Made by a program: the position numbers and the translations under genes
Assembly: GCA_905178155.1 (NCBI GenBank)
Contig: CAJINV010000001.1
Coordinates: 10,658,311-10,722,310, forward strand
Reading direction: 5' to 3'
DNA from: Amoebophrya sp. A120
Taxonomy: Eukaryota > Protista > Dinoflagellata
Length of the DNA stretch: 64,000 nt
Notes under the pieces: generated by a model
What the model was told of the DNA's origin: nothing
Database searches by the model: none
The model's input: only the letters and a program-made list of their open reading frames with translations
Shown here: in pieces, positions 35,619-51,812 of the stretch
Layout of the letters: each line of letters begins with the position of its first letter
Position numbering within the stretch: position 1 is the first letter of the stretch

Positions 35619-38600
35619 TTATGCACCCTGGATCACGTCCTGAATATTCAACAAAAAGAATGCACGCACACCATCTTCTCCTCACTCTCACGTACTTTCG
35701 GCAAAAAGAAATTTTACGCGAAAGATGAAAAAGAGAACCTGTAGCTCGCCGTACAGCGAAAGCGAGCAAATTAAGTAATTTATTTTCACTTCATGAAACA
35801 CTACGGAAATAAGACATGAAGCAACAACTTAATACCTGGAATTCGTAGCTCTGCACGCCGGTTCCACCCGGTGCTCCAACTACGTGGCCAATGACGGTGT
35901 CTGGCACATTATCCTGAGTAAAAACATCCCCACACCAGAGTCAACGTCGAAAATCTGCTAGACAAATCGGCCAACTTTGGTTGTTTCGCATGACAACTTT
36001 GGCCTCGTAGTGTGATCCTGTTTAGCTAGCTCAGCAGCATCACAGATCTAGCATATCATGCTATTTCTAGCATCACAAATGAATCCCAAAACGCGACTAG
36101 AAAAAGCTTCTCATGGGGCTTCGCAGGAGAAACTTTTTTGGCATGCAAATTTGCATGACAACTCTGGGGTGGGGATGTTTTTACTCGGAATACACATTCC
36201 CGGGCTTACTCGACGGGCTGTGGCCGTTCAGCGGCACGCCCTCCTCGAGTCGCAAGTTCTTCGGCCGCATCGGAACTCCTCCTGGCGCGGTGGTCACGGG
36301 ACTGCCAGTCGCGTTCCCGCCCTTCGCGTCGACTGCGGAGGCCAGCGTGGCCGCCAGTGGGTCGTCCCACGAGAGAATTCTGCTTTTCACGAGATAGTAC
36401 GTAATCCCGACAAAAAGCCCTAGGGGAACGAGGCCGCCATACCATTCCTCGAAGTCCCCGTGCCCGCGGATCAGGGGCGCAATCGTGAGGGAAATCATGC
36501 TCATCAGCTTTATCAAAATGTTCAGCGCCGGGCCACTTGTGTCCTTGAACGGATCGCCAACCGTGTCGCCGACCTTGAGAAATGGAAATCGAAACGCAGA
36601 GTGGTACTCATCATCATTCTTCATCTGAATCATATCTCATCCCCGCAGCACTCTGCAAATTCAAAACGCGATCTCTACACACACACACTCCTCTCGTTCC
36701 TGAACATCGCCTTCTTACCACGCAAGCCTTTCCTTGGTCGGTCTTTTTTATCTGGAGTTTTTCGCAAAGCTTCTTGCCGTTGTCCCATGCGCCACCCGCA
36801 TTCGACATCATGATCGCCATCATGCACCCGGAGGCAATCGCGCCAGCCAGCACTCCCATGAGACATCGAGGACCAACAAAAAGCCCGACAAAGAGTGGTG
36901 CAAGAATGGCGTATCTGATAGTTTGGGAACAAGACAGAAAATTTTTGGTCTGACAGCAAGTCTAAACTCCAACCGCACTCAATTACCGAATTCACTCAGA
37001 TTCTTCCGAAGGGGAAACAAGGATCTTATGCGAAATGAAAGCTGAATCATACGCGCCGGGTGCCAGCATTTCCCGCAAAGAGCTGCGCGTAGAGATGGCG
37101 ACGCACGTATCACTGTCCGGCATGACGTCCTCGGCCTCGGGGATGGGTTCGCCGTTGCTGGCCTTCACGATACACTCGTACAATCCTGGCACCCCGCCGT
37201 GGAACTGCCTCCTGACCTCCTGGATGATCTCTGCCGCCGCTTTGCCCACGGAAATCATGGTCAGAGCGGCGAACAGAAACGGCAGCATGGCGCCGAAAAT
37301 AACACCGGACAAGATCACCGGGTCGCCGACCCGGAAGTCCATCGCCCGCGTCGGATCCACTTCGTGCTCGAACGCCGCCAGCAGGGAGAGGGCGGTCAAG
37401 ACGGCAGACGCGATGGCAAACCCCTTTCCCGTCGCCGCCGTCGTGTTTCCCAGCGCGTCCAGCGCGTCTGTTTTCCCGCGGACTATGGGAGTGCCAGGAT
37501 TGAAATCGTCAAAGTTGAAATGGTCTGTCTTGCATAAAATGCGATACAAAAACTGACTCTATTGCAGAGGACGCACGGGAGGCAGATTATAGTCCTGGCA
37601 AGGGTTAAATAAAGTCGGACTGCAAGCTAGCATGACAGAAGGCAGCTCTTTTGCCCTAAACCGCATGACAGAATCGCTTCCAGGACCGGGAAAATTTGTC
37701 ATGCGCCGACTACAAGCTGTAGGTCTAACTGGTATCCGTTTTATGCATGGCAAACTATTTCAACTTTGACGATTTCAAACCTGACACATCCATATGGACC
37801 TCGTCCGGAATACTTGGGTCCATCTCCGCCAGGCCACCCGCGTTGTCGGCGACGGGTCCGTAGGCGTCGGTGGCGAGTGTAATTCCAAGTGTGGACAGCA
37901 TACCAACGGCGCTGATGCTCACCCCGTAGAGACCGCCTGTTTGATGTGTTTTGTATACAAAAGGGGTCATTGTGTGGGATTGAGTATTTTGATCCAAAGT
38001 GCGGCGCTGTACGTCTCGTCTGTTAGCCGTAAGTTGTACGGCATGATCTTCAGCCAAATCAGTCCCAAACTGCTGTTGCATTCAGCAGGAGAAACGTAGT
38101 TTCTATACCGAGGCTTGAGCAGAGCAAGATGAGTAGCACGAGCGTGACCACTGGGGGCACACAGGAGATCATCCCTACCCCGATGCCCTGAATGATCACG
38201 GTCGCGGGGCCCGTGACGCCCCGGTCCTTGATGCTCTGTACGGGCCCAAAATCGAACGAGGTGAAGTACTCCGTGAACTTGCCAATCAGCATCCCCCCGC
38301 CGAGACCGAAGCCCACGCAGAGCCACAGCTGAATGCCCAGCTTAAACCCGAACATAACCAGGCAGAGGAACAATGCCGCGGCCAGAAAAATTCCGCCGGC
38401 CACGAACATACCCTTCTCCAGTGCCCACATCAGTTGCCCCAGATTTGTGTTCCAGCCGTTTCCCGCTTCGGATGTGTTGACATAAAAATAACCGACGATC
38501 GAAGCGGCAACACCAATACCGGAAAGGTAAAAGGGTAAAGCGACCTGAAGCGATAATTGTTTTTCTTCAAGCTTTGGATTCACTGGCACAACATGGCCAC

Positions 38601-38762
38601 CACTGTCGCGCTCGTCGTATTTCAACAAAAAGAAAACGGGCCTATCTTTCACCTTCTGCACACCTACACCTTACCTTTCGATTCACCATTGGGTCCTCCA
38701 TCTCGAGCGATGCGAGCGTTGCCGCTGCAATCACACTGCCTACATAGGACTCGAAAAGGTCC

Positions 38763-38794
<32 letters not shown>

Positions 38795-39499
38795 CCCCAC
38801 GTTGTCCGCGATCACGGCCGGATTATGCGGATCGTCCTCGTCGATTCCCGCCTCTACCTTTCCCACCAGATCCGCCCCGACGTCCGCCGCCTTCGTGTAG
38901 ATCCCGCCGGCCACGCGCGCGAACAGCGCGATGCTGCTCGCGCCAAACCCGAACCCGGCCAGCTCCTGCATCGTGTGCAGGTATTCGTGCCCCGTCGCGA
39001 CGAAGAGGAACACGAGGGAAAGACCGGCGAGGCCGAGCCCGACGACCGCGAAACCCATGATGCTACCGGCCGTGAACGCCACCACGAGCCCGTCATTCAA
39101 CGTGCCCTCCGTGCACGCAACGGTGGTGCGCACGTTGCCGTCCGTCGCAACGCTCATGCCGCACCAGCCCGCCAGCGCGGACAGAGACGCGCCGCAGAGA
39201 AAGCACAGCGCGACGCGGAACCCGATCACCGCGGACTGCTTCGACGCGAACACGATGAAAAGCAGGAAGGCGGAAGCCGCGACGAAAACGCCCAAAACGC
39301 GGTACTCCTCTTTCAGAAACGCCGTTGCGCCCGATTTGATCTGCGCGGCCAAGCGGTCCAGCTTCGGGTGCCCGATCTGGCTACCGGTGCGGGCAGCCAT
39401 CAAACGTCGGTAGAGAAAGCTGATGAAGAAAAAGCATGCCACGCTCCCGAACAAGGACGGCCACACCACCCCGAAGGGGCTGTACTCAATGTACACCAT
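35619..39499 (-). CDS. Membrane-bound ion-translocating pyrophosphatase, K+-dependent type
   Basis: [81 protein letters not shown] and [24 protein letters not shown]. Five GT-AG introns and two introners. Confidence 0.95.
35910..36192. mobile_element. Introner family A (283 bp)
   Basis: TIR TATYCYGAGTAAAAACATCCCCAC(A/C)CCAGAGT. Direct repeat CACAT. Colinear with 11599-11878. Removal gives [11 protein letters not shown]. Confidence 0.93.
37484..37794. mobile_element. Introner family C (311 bp)
   Basis: TIR TATGGnnGTG(C/T)CAGG(A/T)TTGAAATCGTCAAAGTTGAAAT. Direct repeat CGGAC/TGGAC. Removal gives [18 protein letters not shown]. Confidence 0.94.
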
Positions 39500-40604
39500 C
39501 CTGGCCGTTTCTGTCTTGCTCTTCTACTTTTGCTCGTCTTTCGCTTTCCCGGAACTGTACTGCACCTCCGTGGTGAAATCGGGCTCAGATGATTCGGAGT
39601 GTCGTGGCACCGCTGCCCAAGCGCAGGCACAAGCCTTGCGAAGAGGTTACGGCTCGTCAAACACTACAACCAGCCATGCGGTGACAAAGCAAAATCATTG
39701 TATTCGTATCTATTTTAGTCGACCGACAAGTGGTGCACCGAGCCGCTAAAGTTGTGAATTTCATCTTGAACGAAGTATGATTGCGCCCATAATAACGTCC
39801 GCATCCGTCTTCACAAAAATATTCGTCTACTTTTGTCTCTGAATTATATCCCAGCGACTCAAACACGGGGGCAGACACGAGCTTGCGTGAAGAACAAACT
39901 TGCAACACAGCTGCCCTTGCGTGCTACGACAGGACGCCAGCCAATTTATGATTTTTGTTCAGACTCAAATTCGTTCCAACAATAAACGGGATTCGGTTCT
40001 GTTTATGCATCGGACTCGCACTGACTTGTGAAGCAGTAGCAGCCCTACCCTGCAGGACACACTTCAGCGGACACCCGTGGTCTCCAGAGCGCCTCTTCTC
40101 CGACTACAACGCTGCTAGATTTATGTGCGGGTCTGGGTCATGGGTGAATGAGGAGTTTGATTTGTGCATGAGTATACGAGCGAGCTCGTAGGAAAGAGGG
40201 ATATGTGTTGTGAAACAATAGGCGGGATTGGGATTATGAGTATACATGCACTTCAAATGAATTGTATTGGGTTCGGAATGGGAGCTAATCGGTGGAGTTG
40301 TTTGGCAACCAACCGCGTTCGCTCTGCCTCTTCTACCATTATATATAAATCGTAAAAGAAGCAACAACTAGCTACGAGAGGACCGGGTGACACAACTCTA
40401 TCGATAATTACTTCGTGGAAATTACGTATGGGGATCAAAAGGAGTAAACGAGAAAAATTGGAAAAGATAAATTTACGTGAAGTAGATGTAGAGAAAATTA
40501 TGCATGATGTTGTTAAAATAAGTACGAGGAAATACTTACTTACTACGGTCAGCGCACACCTGATTTAGGTGAAGAACCCAACAACTGGTGTAGTCCGGGC
40601 CCGT

Positions 40605-42997
40605 TTACTTTTTCTCTTTTTTCGATTTTTTCGCTGACTTCGTGGCCTTCCCGTCGTCCCCGAGATTGGAGTTTGAGCGGAAGACGCCCCCCACCAGGTT
40701 CTGCGCCTGCAGCTGCTGCAAAGTCGCGCTGGCCTTCGACATCTCCAGCGGACTCTGCGCGACGGGCTGAGACTGCAGCTGGCTCTGCGCAGCCTGGACC
40801 GCTCCGGTCTGATGCAGCTCCTTCAGTGATGCCTTCGTCGCCCGCTCCTGCGCCGGTGTCATCTGCTGCGACGTGAGCTGCCCCGCGGTCTGCGATACGA
40901 CGCCCCCCGGGATGTGGTTCAGCGACGCGTTTACCCGATCCACCGCCTTCTGTTGCCCCTGCTGTTCCTGAAGCTGCCCCATGGCGCTGGCCACGTGCCC
41001 GCCTGCAATCGTGTTCGCGACCTCCTCCCTGTGCGGCGTCACGACGCCGGATTTCTGGGATGCAAGCTTCTTCTTGTGCAGAGTGTCTTTCGCAGAGGAC
41101 ACGTGCCCGCCAGAGATCGTGTTTGCCACTTCCTCGGCATGGGCACTTACGCCGGAAGGAGCTGCTCCGGGGTTGCTCTTGATGCTGCTCATCGCGGAGG
41201 TCACGTGCCCGCCGGCGATCGCTTGGAGTCCCTCGCTTTCGCGCTGCCCGGTCGCCGCTGGTGCCCCTTTCGCCGCATGAAAAGCGTCTTTTGCCGAGGT
41301 CACGTGCCCGCCGGCGATCGCTTGAAGTCCCTCGCTTTCACGCTGCTCGGTAGCCGCCGTTGCACCTTTTGCCGCATGAAAAGCGTCTTTTGCCGAGGAG
41401 ACGTGTCCCCCCGCGATCGATTGCAACCCCTCGCTTTCTCGCGGTGCGCTTCCCGTGGCTGCTTTAGGTGCTTGGTGCAGCGCCTTTAGTTCGGCCACAC
41501 TCAGGGGAGTCACTTGTCCGAGCGACGCCCGTGATGCGCGCACGGCAATGTCTGCCACGGTCGGTGCCGGTGCTGCAAAGGATTCCGGCGCCTGAGCCGC
41601 CAATTCATCTGCGACGCTTGCCGGCACTTCGACCTCCACATGGCTTGCCGGAGCTTCCGCCGCTCCCCAGTTCTGTTATTTTTGCAGTGATTCATCTTTG
41701 AGATAAGTATTACTGCTTGTAATTCCCACACAACTACACGCCACAGAGTAAGAGCAACTCGTGCGTTAGAAGAAAAGATTGCCTGATGTAACAAGGATGC
41801 AAAAAAAAGTTGGTAAAAAAATACGTCCAGGTCGTCTGAATTCCGAATTTGTGACGGCAGGTCCGCATCTACGGCTCCCTGCATCACTTCCACGTTCTGT
41901 TTGTCCAAGGGCATGGAGAACTTTCTCTCGAGCGCCGCCGCGACACGGTCTATCGCGTCTTGGTCGGCCGCATGAATGCCACTGACGCCCGGCGCTTGAT
42001 CCCCCTGGAGGTCGTCCACGCCTCCAGGCGCAGCGGCAATGAGCTGCCCGTCAATCGCGTCCGCCTGTGCCGGATCGTAGGGTTCCGCGGTCGCATCTGG
42101 CATCCCCGCGGTCGAGCGTGGGTGCAACTGCTGCTGCTGCTGGCTCGGAAACCGATTCATCAGGTTCACCATAGGCACCTGTGCTGGGTCCACTGTCTCC
42201 ATTTGTCCTTTTTTAAGGGGCCGCGCCGCCTTCACATGCATGTGCTGAAAATCGCCCTTCGTTTCCGCGAAAACACCCTGCAGCATCGCGTCCGTTTGTG
42301 GCGTTCTGTTCATCCGACTAGCCTGCCGCTGTAGCCGGTGCGCCTCCCGCGCATACTCGCGCGTCTTGTCGTCCGGACGTAACCTGAAGTCGTGTTCATC
42401 AAAATTAATGTGGCGAGACAGCAGCGCAAAGGACGATGAAACATCTTAGACAACAAAGCCCCTGTGAATGTGATGTTCTGACGCAATGCAATAGTGTCGC
42501 ACAAGGCGACGTCCACGACGACCAAACTTCTTTAAAAACCTTACAAAGTGTTCGTAGCAAAGCAACACCGAAACCTTGCTAAGCAGAAGAAGAAAAATGA
42601 AGTGATACGCGGCCGCTCCACGGTTCTCGGACTGGAGAATCGGTACGTGCTCGTCGTCCATTTCTGCGGGCCGTCGCGCAAAAGCGAAGTACAGCCCAAT
42701 CCCGGCCGCCACGAGAACGAGAAAGATCACAACTATACAAGTCAGCGCACCACCGCTCTCCCGCTCTTGTAGACCGTGCGAAGCTCGCATAAAAGATGTG
42801 CGCTGTTCCAAGCGCCGCGATGCACCCTCTTCCACCGCCGTTGCTACCGTGAGTGCAACCTGCTGCAGCATGGCAGCGTGTCCCAGCAAGCGGGCGGCGT
42901 AGCTAAAGGGCCTCTGCACCGTGTTGCCCCGCATCTTCATCAGAGCCAGACCTCTAGGGACGGTCTGTTGCATGTATAATTCATTACGGCCCAACAT
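40605..42997 (-). CDS. Single-pass membrane protein with a C-terminal array of about 33-aa GGHV repeats
   Basis: ORFs 42446-42997, 41510-42313 (5' part) and 40605-41639 join by GT-AG introns. TM segment IVVIFLVLVAAGIGLYFAF. Repeats ESEGLQAIAGGHVTSAKDAFH. Confidence 0.7.
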
Positions 42998-44089
42998 TGC
43001 TCGAAGCTTCGACGGGAAACTTTCCCGTCTTTCCGTCGTGATATTGAAACGTCTTCCTGCCGAAGAGGACTCAACTACTGCGCCATACGCTCAAGACCGG
43101 TCGACTAGGCCGGAAAAGGCAAAATAGATATTGGGGTAAAGGGAATCAAGCCACTGCAGTATTCATTATCCATGGAGGATTTACAGTAGTTGTGTTGCGA
43201 AACACGTAAATTGTAAGGAAGAATAGGAAAAAGCTTGACGAAACACGATGATGCCAACCGTACGAAAAGACACAACCACGAAGTAGCAATCACAACCAAG
43301 TCAAGGCGGTACGAATGTAGCACAAACAACATGAACGAAGAGAAGCATGAACGACGGTACGAACTTTCTTTGGCGAATACTTACACCCAGGAAATGAACC
43401 TGAAGTTGAACGAGTACAAATCTTAATGAAAGAAACACGATTTTCATTCACCTAGCACACAGCGCAAAACGATTGCGAAGAAATCCATGTAGCGACACAA
43501 CGACTGGAGCGAAAGCGACAGAATAGAAGGAACAAGAAAAGATCGACCAATTCTTGTAACTGCCAGGATAGAAACGGCGAACACAGATGTTGTTTATCCA
43601 CGTCCCTGTCACCGCTGAAGGCAAGTCCAGGTCGCTGAGATGTTTCTTGCTTGTTCATCTTTTTTTTTGTTGTACATGTGTTCGCTTGTAGAAGACTTTA
43701 CATTCTGTTCCATCGGCAATTCCATCCCCAGACTAGCAAAAGAAAAACACCCACACCTTGTTTCCGCAATGGTCTTCTCACGTACAAAAGAATTACCAAG
43801 AACTATCTCCGCGAATTCGATAATTGAAAAAAGTCCAGGTCTACTGTGGTATTCAGCTTACGTGCTGCTCCTGTTGAAAGATATTTATGAGGAGCATCGA
43901 TCCCACCAAAAAATCAGCTCGGTCGCGACCTCGTCCGCTGGTTCCCTTTTCGTCAATACCCGAAATTAGTTCGAAAAAAATCCTTCTGTTTGTTCTCACC
44001 ATGATGTGCTGGATAAGTAAGTACAGTGTTTCTCCCTTCTCCAAGAACTGGCTTCAAAACTACGCCTTCGGATGTTGAACTGCTTCTGT

Positions 44090-46762
<2,673 letters not shown>

Positions 46763-48552
46763 CTAACTCTGAACTATAGGGTTGACACTTCTAAACAGTT
46801 GTCAATGAAGTGTACAGCTCAAGAGGCTCTCTTGTGAATGGTAATGTCGCCTAGATATCAATCGTGCCCGTGCGTAGTCTCGCTTGAGCGAGTAGTTACT
46901 CTTCGTCGCCAATTCTTAGCTCTATTGTCGCGTAAAAATAGTGCTTCTCAGAAACTACTTGTGTTCCTCATCCTATGAACTCTCATGATCTCTCTCTGTG
47001 CCGCAACCAACTGGGCCCCGTCTGCGCAGCCTGCTTGTATTGATTCAGAGTTGAAATAATTGCAAAAAAAGCAGCGTAGAAGTGGAATTCATTTGCAATG
47101 CCAGTTTATGACAGTTGCATTGGAGAGAGGAATTAAATTTTCTGTAGTACTGCTATCTGCAGCACAGAGGCATACCTTAGCCTGCGAGCGCTGCTCAGTG
47201 ACAGTACTGTGAAAGCCTAAGGCTTGTCACTCCATTGCTCTAGCACCACATACCATACCCCCGATCACCAGAAACTTGAGGTGTCAAGCTCGGCGGCGGT
47301 GCGAAATTCTTTCATGCACAGTCGGATCACAAGGCAACCGCCCTCACTTGTGCAACGTATTGAAGCAAGTAGATCCTACCATTTAAGGAGGTCGCTCAGT
47401 GCAGTATGCTCTCAAAGAGGATTTAGGCAGCCGGCCATCGTGACGCATCGTGTAGGCAGTCGGATCGACATATCATATCAATATTTTCGATCCTAATAAA
47501 GAGTTGGATCGTAGAGAGGTTTTGACCAGGTACGAACTTCTGATTCTGAACAACTCGTCTCCATTTGAAGAAACAGCGCTTTATTTCGTGCCTGATAGCA
47601 TCTCTTCCCGCCATGATAATTTCTCCATCACACTGATATGACACTGCGTTAAAATCTGTTCCAAATCCAACATCGCGACGACATAAGTCGCTAGCGGTTT
47701 CCTCTCTGTCGTCCCCGAATGAGATCGTATTGTAGAGAGGCCAGAGCTGTCTTCATGTTGCTTTCGCACTACGGATTTCTCCTCATGCAGAAGCAGAACT
47801 CGGCGTAGACTATACAGCTCCAGCTTAACAGGTAGGGGAGGATGAAGTGGAAATAGTTAGTCGCGCAGCGCAGTCTCAGGAGGCTTGGAATTTTTTGAGA
47901 AAGAGTTGGCTATTCTTCTACTAGAGCGGGGCGTGGAAAACGATACAGAATTATATGCACGGCTACACCACATTCCCCTTTGTCGTCTTCGTGTTCCCTA
48001 TTTATGCGGTGGTGCTGCTCCGCTACCGCAAATTTTCTTGCGAGGACTAATCTAGTACGAATTCACGAACTCCGATTTTTAAATGAGGCGAAGTAATCAA
48101 CTAATTATGGTAGAAGTGTGCGCAGTTGCGCAGAAGCTGAAGATGTACTGATACTGTTATGGGAGTATGTGCGAGAGAATTGCAAGTATACTGGAAAATG
48201 TGAAAAATTGAAAATGACAATTAGTGTGAAAATTATGTAAAAAAATCAAAAATCGAAAAATAAATGGAGTGGATAACTACCAGAGAGGGTGATTGAGTGA
48301 AAGCACGACGGTAGCAGGATGCTAAAATTGTTCGCATTCACTTGAATATAGAAAAATGCTCTGCAAAGAGTTTCATGGGATTTCCAGAAAAAGCGTGGGA
48401 TGCGCGCGAGAACCAGAACATGAGAGAGCGTCTGAGCAAAACAAAGTTCACCTAACAATAAAAAATTGTTCATCCATACCAAAACCAGGTGTAAAAAACG
48501 TTGATTCCCTTCATTTACAATTTCAAAACCTCCGTGTTCCACCCAAACTGCC

Positions 48553-49675
48553 TTACGCAGCCGGCGCCTCCTTAGCCGCTGGAGCAGCCTCCTCGGTTGG
48601 AGCGGCCGCAGCTTCCTCGGTAGCAGCAGGAGCTTCTTCGGCGGCGGCAGCCTCCTCCGTGGCGGCCGGAGCGGCTTCTTCGGTTGCGGCAGCCTCACCC
48701 TCCGCGGCAGCCGGAGCGGCTTCTTCCTCCGCAGCGGCGGGAGCAGCCTCACCTTCGGCGGCAGCCGGCGCAGCCTCACCTTCCGCAGCGGCCGGAGCAG
48801 CAGCTTCACCTTCGGCGGCAGCCGGCGCAGCCTCGCCTTCCGCAGCGGCCGGGGCAGCAGCCTCACCTTCAGCAGCGGCCGGCGCGGCCTCGCCCTCGGC
48901 CGCAGCCGGAGCAGCAGCTTCGCCTTCCGCGGCAGCCGGAGCCGCCTCACCCTCGGCAGCAGCAGGGGCGGCTTCGCCCTCCGCAACGGCCGGCGCTGCA
49001 GCAGCTTCGCCCTCCGGAGCGGCAGCGGGAGGAGCGTCCGCACTGGCCGGGGACTCCTCGACCGGAACGTCCTTGCTGGCTCGGTTTGTGAGCTGCTGGT
49101 CCTGCAAATGCTCGACCATAAAGTCCAGGGCGTTCTCCGGCTGTCTCTCCAGCAGGCTACGGATCATGTTCTGCAGCACCGGCTGCACGCCGCTGTTCTC
49201 CAGGTACTTTGTGGCCTGCAGGGTCACCTCGTGGCGGGCCTCGCGCGCCTTCGCGCGTTCCGCACCCACGTCCGCACCCGGGAACTCGCAGCGGCAGGAC
49301 ACCTTCATCTCGTTGCCCATGTCAATCTGCTCCACATAAGCATCGTCGTTCTTCATCGAGTACCTGAGTTGATTTCAGTTTTAACATTTGAAAGGGATGT
49401 CTAATATCGTGAAAATTCGAAACGATAACGAAACAGCATCTCAAAGTTCAGATTTCTCAAAATAAATCAGATCGAACATAATTTAATTATTACATGGAGA
49501 CGGTCTTCCCCCCGATGTGCTGGAACAAGTCCAGTTTGAGCGTGGCGGCTTCTGACTTCTGGAAGTGGAAGGCATCGTCCTTTCGGTAGGGGCCCTGTCT
49601 GCGCGTGTCTCCGATCCGGATCGACACGTAGGTCTTGTCCGGCAGGTTCTCGGCGTCGGTCACAATCACGTCCAT
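48553..49675 (-). CDS. Protein with C2-like N-terminus, Dpy-30/RIIa-like dimerisation motif and Ala/Glu/Pro repeat tail
   Basis: YLENSGVQPVLQNMIRSLLERQPENALDFMVEHL. Exon 49494-49675 joins by GT-AG. Tail built from PAAAEGEAA units. Confidence 0.75.
48556..49030 (-). repeat. Coding tandem repeat, 27/30-bp units (PAAAEGEAA[A])
   Basis: About 11 recognisable units plus degenerate TEEAA units, with third codon positions diversified. Confidence 0.9.
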
Positions 49676-50595
49676 CTTCGCTTACAAAAAGAGTCTACTA
49701 GGAGGCTCTCGTAAGCTGGATTTTTGTCTGAGTTGGTGCTGTTGGAAAATTGTTGGGTCGTACAAGAGCTGCTTCAAGAGCGACTTGCCGCGTAAAGTTG
49801 TAAATTGAGGTGGTAGGAAGTGTTGAATTGAAAAGGAATTTTGGTGTCTTGGATCGCGGGGGCGCGAAACAAGAATAATTTAGAACTGCGAATGGGCGCA
49901 GGACTGTTCGTTCGGTTTGTGATGACATGGAAAATCTTGAAACTACAGACGCCACAGAGCAATAAAAGTTGAAAAGTCATTGTTGCACGAACGTCAAAAA
50001 TGCGAACGACTTGCATGAACGATACTGATGTTGCTAGGATAGCGCCAGAGTCACAGAGACAGGCCTATTGCACGATTTTCTAGTTGTACGTAATTACCGA
50101 AACACAAACAGCTTTTGTTTCTTTACGGACCGAGGATCTACTCGACAATAACCGAACAGATTTGTACTCTAAAACGGCGACCCGGGCAGTATTGAGAATT
50201 CGTTTTCTCATCGCCGAAGTGATGCACAGGTGAACCGATTCAGATTTTTTGTCCAATGGGTGGAACAGTACTTGTTACTTATGTCTCCTCTGATTCGTAG
50301 TCTCCTCTGAATCCGTACTGCGTATTTTTGGAAAGACAACTGATTGACGCACTGAATGTATCTCCGGAGGAAACATTTTTTGCCACTTTTCATTTTCTCC
50401 CGAAGGAAGATAGCGCAAGCAACGAATCATATCAGCAGACGCAAAAAAGATGAATTATTGTTGTTGACCCCCGTACTCAGTCTTTACATACGATTCGCTC
50501 CGATGGAGGCACTATGTGAACGATCATTGTTCAGCAATTACTTTCCGCCTATTCGTATTCAGGAGTTGGGCCAAACATAATAAGTAGCGACCCTT

Positions 50596-51812
50596 TCAAT
50601 AAAGGACGTCGATAGTTATCGGGAAGCGGTGTTCCCTCTCCGCACAGACCACGTGGATGCCGTCTGTTCTCTTTAGCCGGACAAAAATGCCTACCTCTGT
50701 CTTTTCGCATTGATCACCGGAGACCCTCTCCACATCGTCCGGAAACATGGGACACGCTTGCCCATTCGGCAACTTTGGCGCACCGTCATAGATCGCCTCC
50801 GTCAAAACAAAGCGGTACTCGGCCCTTGCGAAGGTCTCTTCGACAAGCCGCATTACATACTGATAAGCCGCATCTTCCGCCTTTATTAGAGCTTCGTGAA
50901 AAATTCTTGCGAGCCGGCTATTCGGACCGCCATGAGTTCTGCCGCGGGCCAGGCTTGGGTGAGACACAAAAAGGTCCCTTACGTAACTCTTCATCTGCTC
51001 AGCATCGTCCTCTAATGCGGGGCCGATGTTGAACTCGATCAAAAGGGGGTACGTCGAAAAGTCGAACTCGTCATCGTTCACCACGTCGGTATTGTCATTA
51101 GCGTCGCGCAGGTCGAAACCCATCTCGTCGAGCACAGCAAAAACTTGCTTGAGGCCCGGCGTTGTTCCGTCGGACATTTTTGGAGCACTATCATGCACAC
51201 CCCGTGTGACCTCGACACAGTGGCCACCTTTCGCCGCGACTTCCTGCGCGAGTTTGACGAAGTATTCTGCTGCTCGCTTGTACCCCCGAGCGCGCTCGAG
51301 GTCCGAAATTTCCTCCAGCGTGCCACGGTTGAGCACGATCTGCTGGCTGGGCTTGGCGGACGCGAGAGGGCCTATGAATTCCTGTACGAGTCCGATAACT
51401 TCGAATGGGATTTTTGTCGATAGAGCGCGCCCACGAAAAACACAGAACTGCCACGCGTTCACCTGTATTGATTTAATATGTAGTTTATTGTATTCGATTT
51501 CGATCCAACTTAGCTGCAGCGACACACTGGCGAATGGTACAAAGGACACCAGGTAGGTACGCAAACCAAGCAAAACAATATTACCACGGCTGTCACTGCT
51601 TGTTTTTCAAAGTTCCTGCTGTGCGCTTTCTCCAGCGCACTAACCCAATCGTTGTACTCCAGCCCTGTCGTTTCTTCCTTGTTTTCCTCCGCATTTTTTC
51701 GTTTGGCGCCACTTTGCACAAGAAGGTCCGAAAACGTCGCTGGACGCGGAGCGGTAGCAGCTGCCGACGACGCGGATCCGGATGCCGTGCTCGACGAGGC
51801 AGAGGAAGTCAT
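50596..51812 (-). CDS. Uncharacterised two-exon protein, paralogue of 53570-54832
   Basis: Exon 1 ATFSDLLVQSG..GLEYNDW..NFEKQ and exon 2 VNAWQF..ERARGYKR..APKMSDG are shared with the paralogue. Confidence 0.8.
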
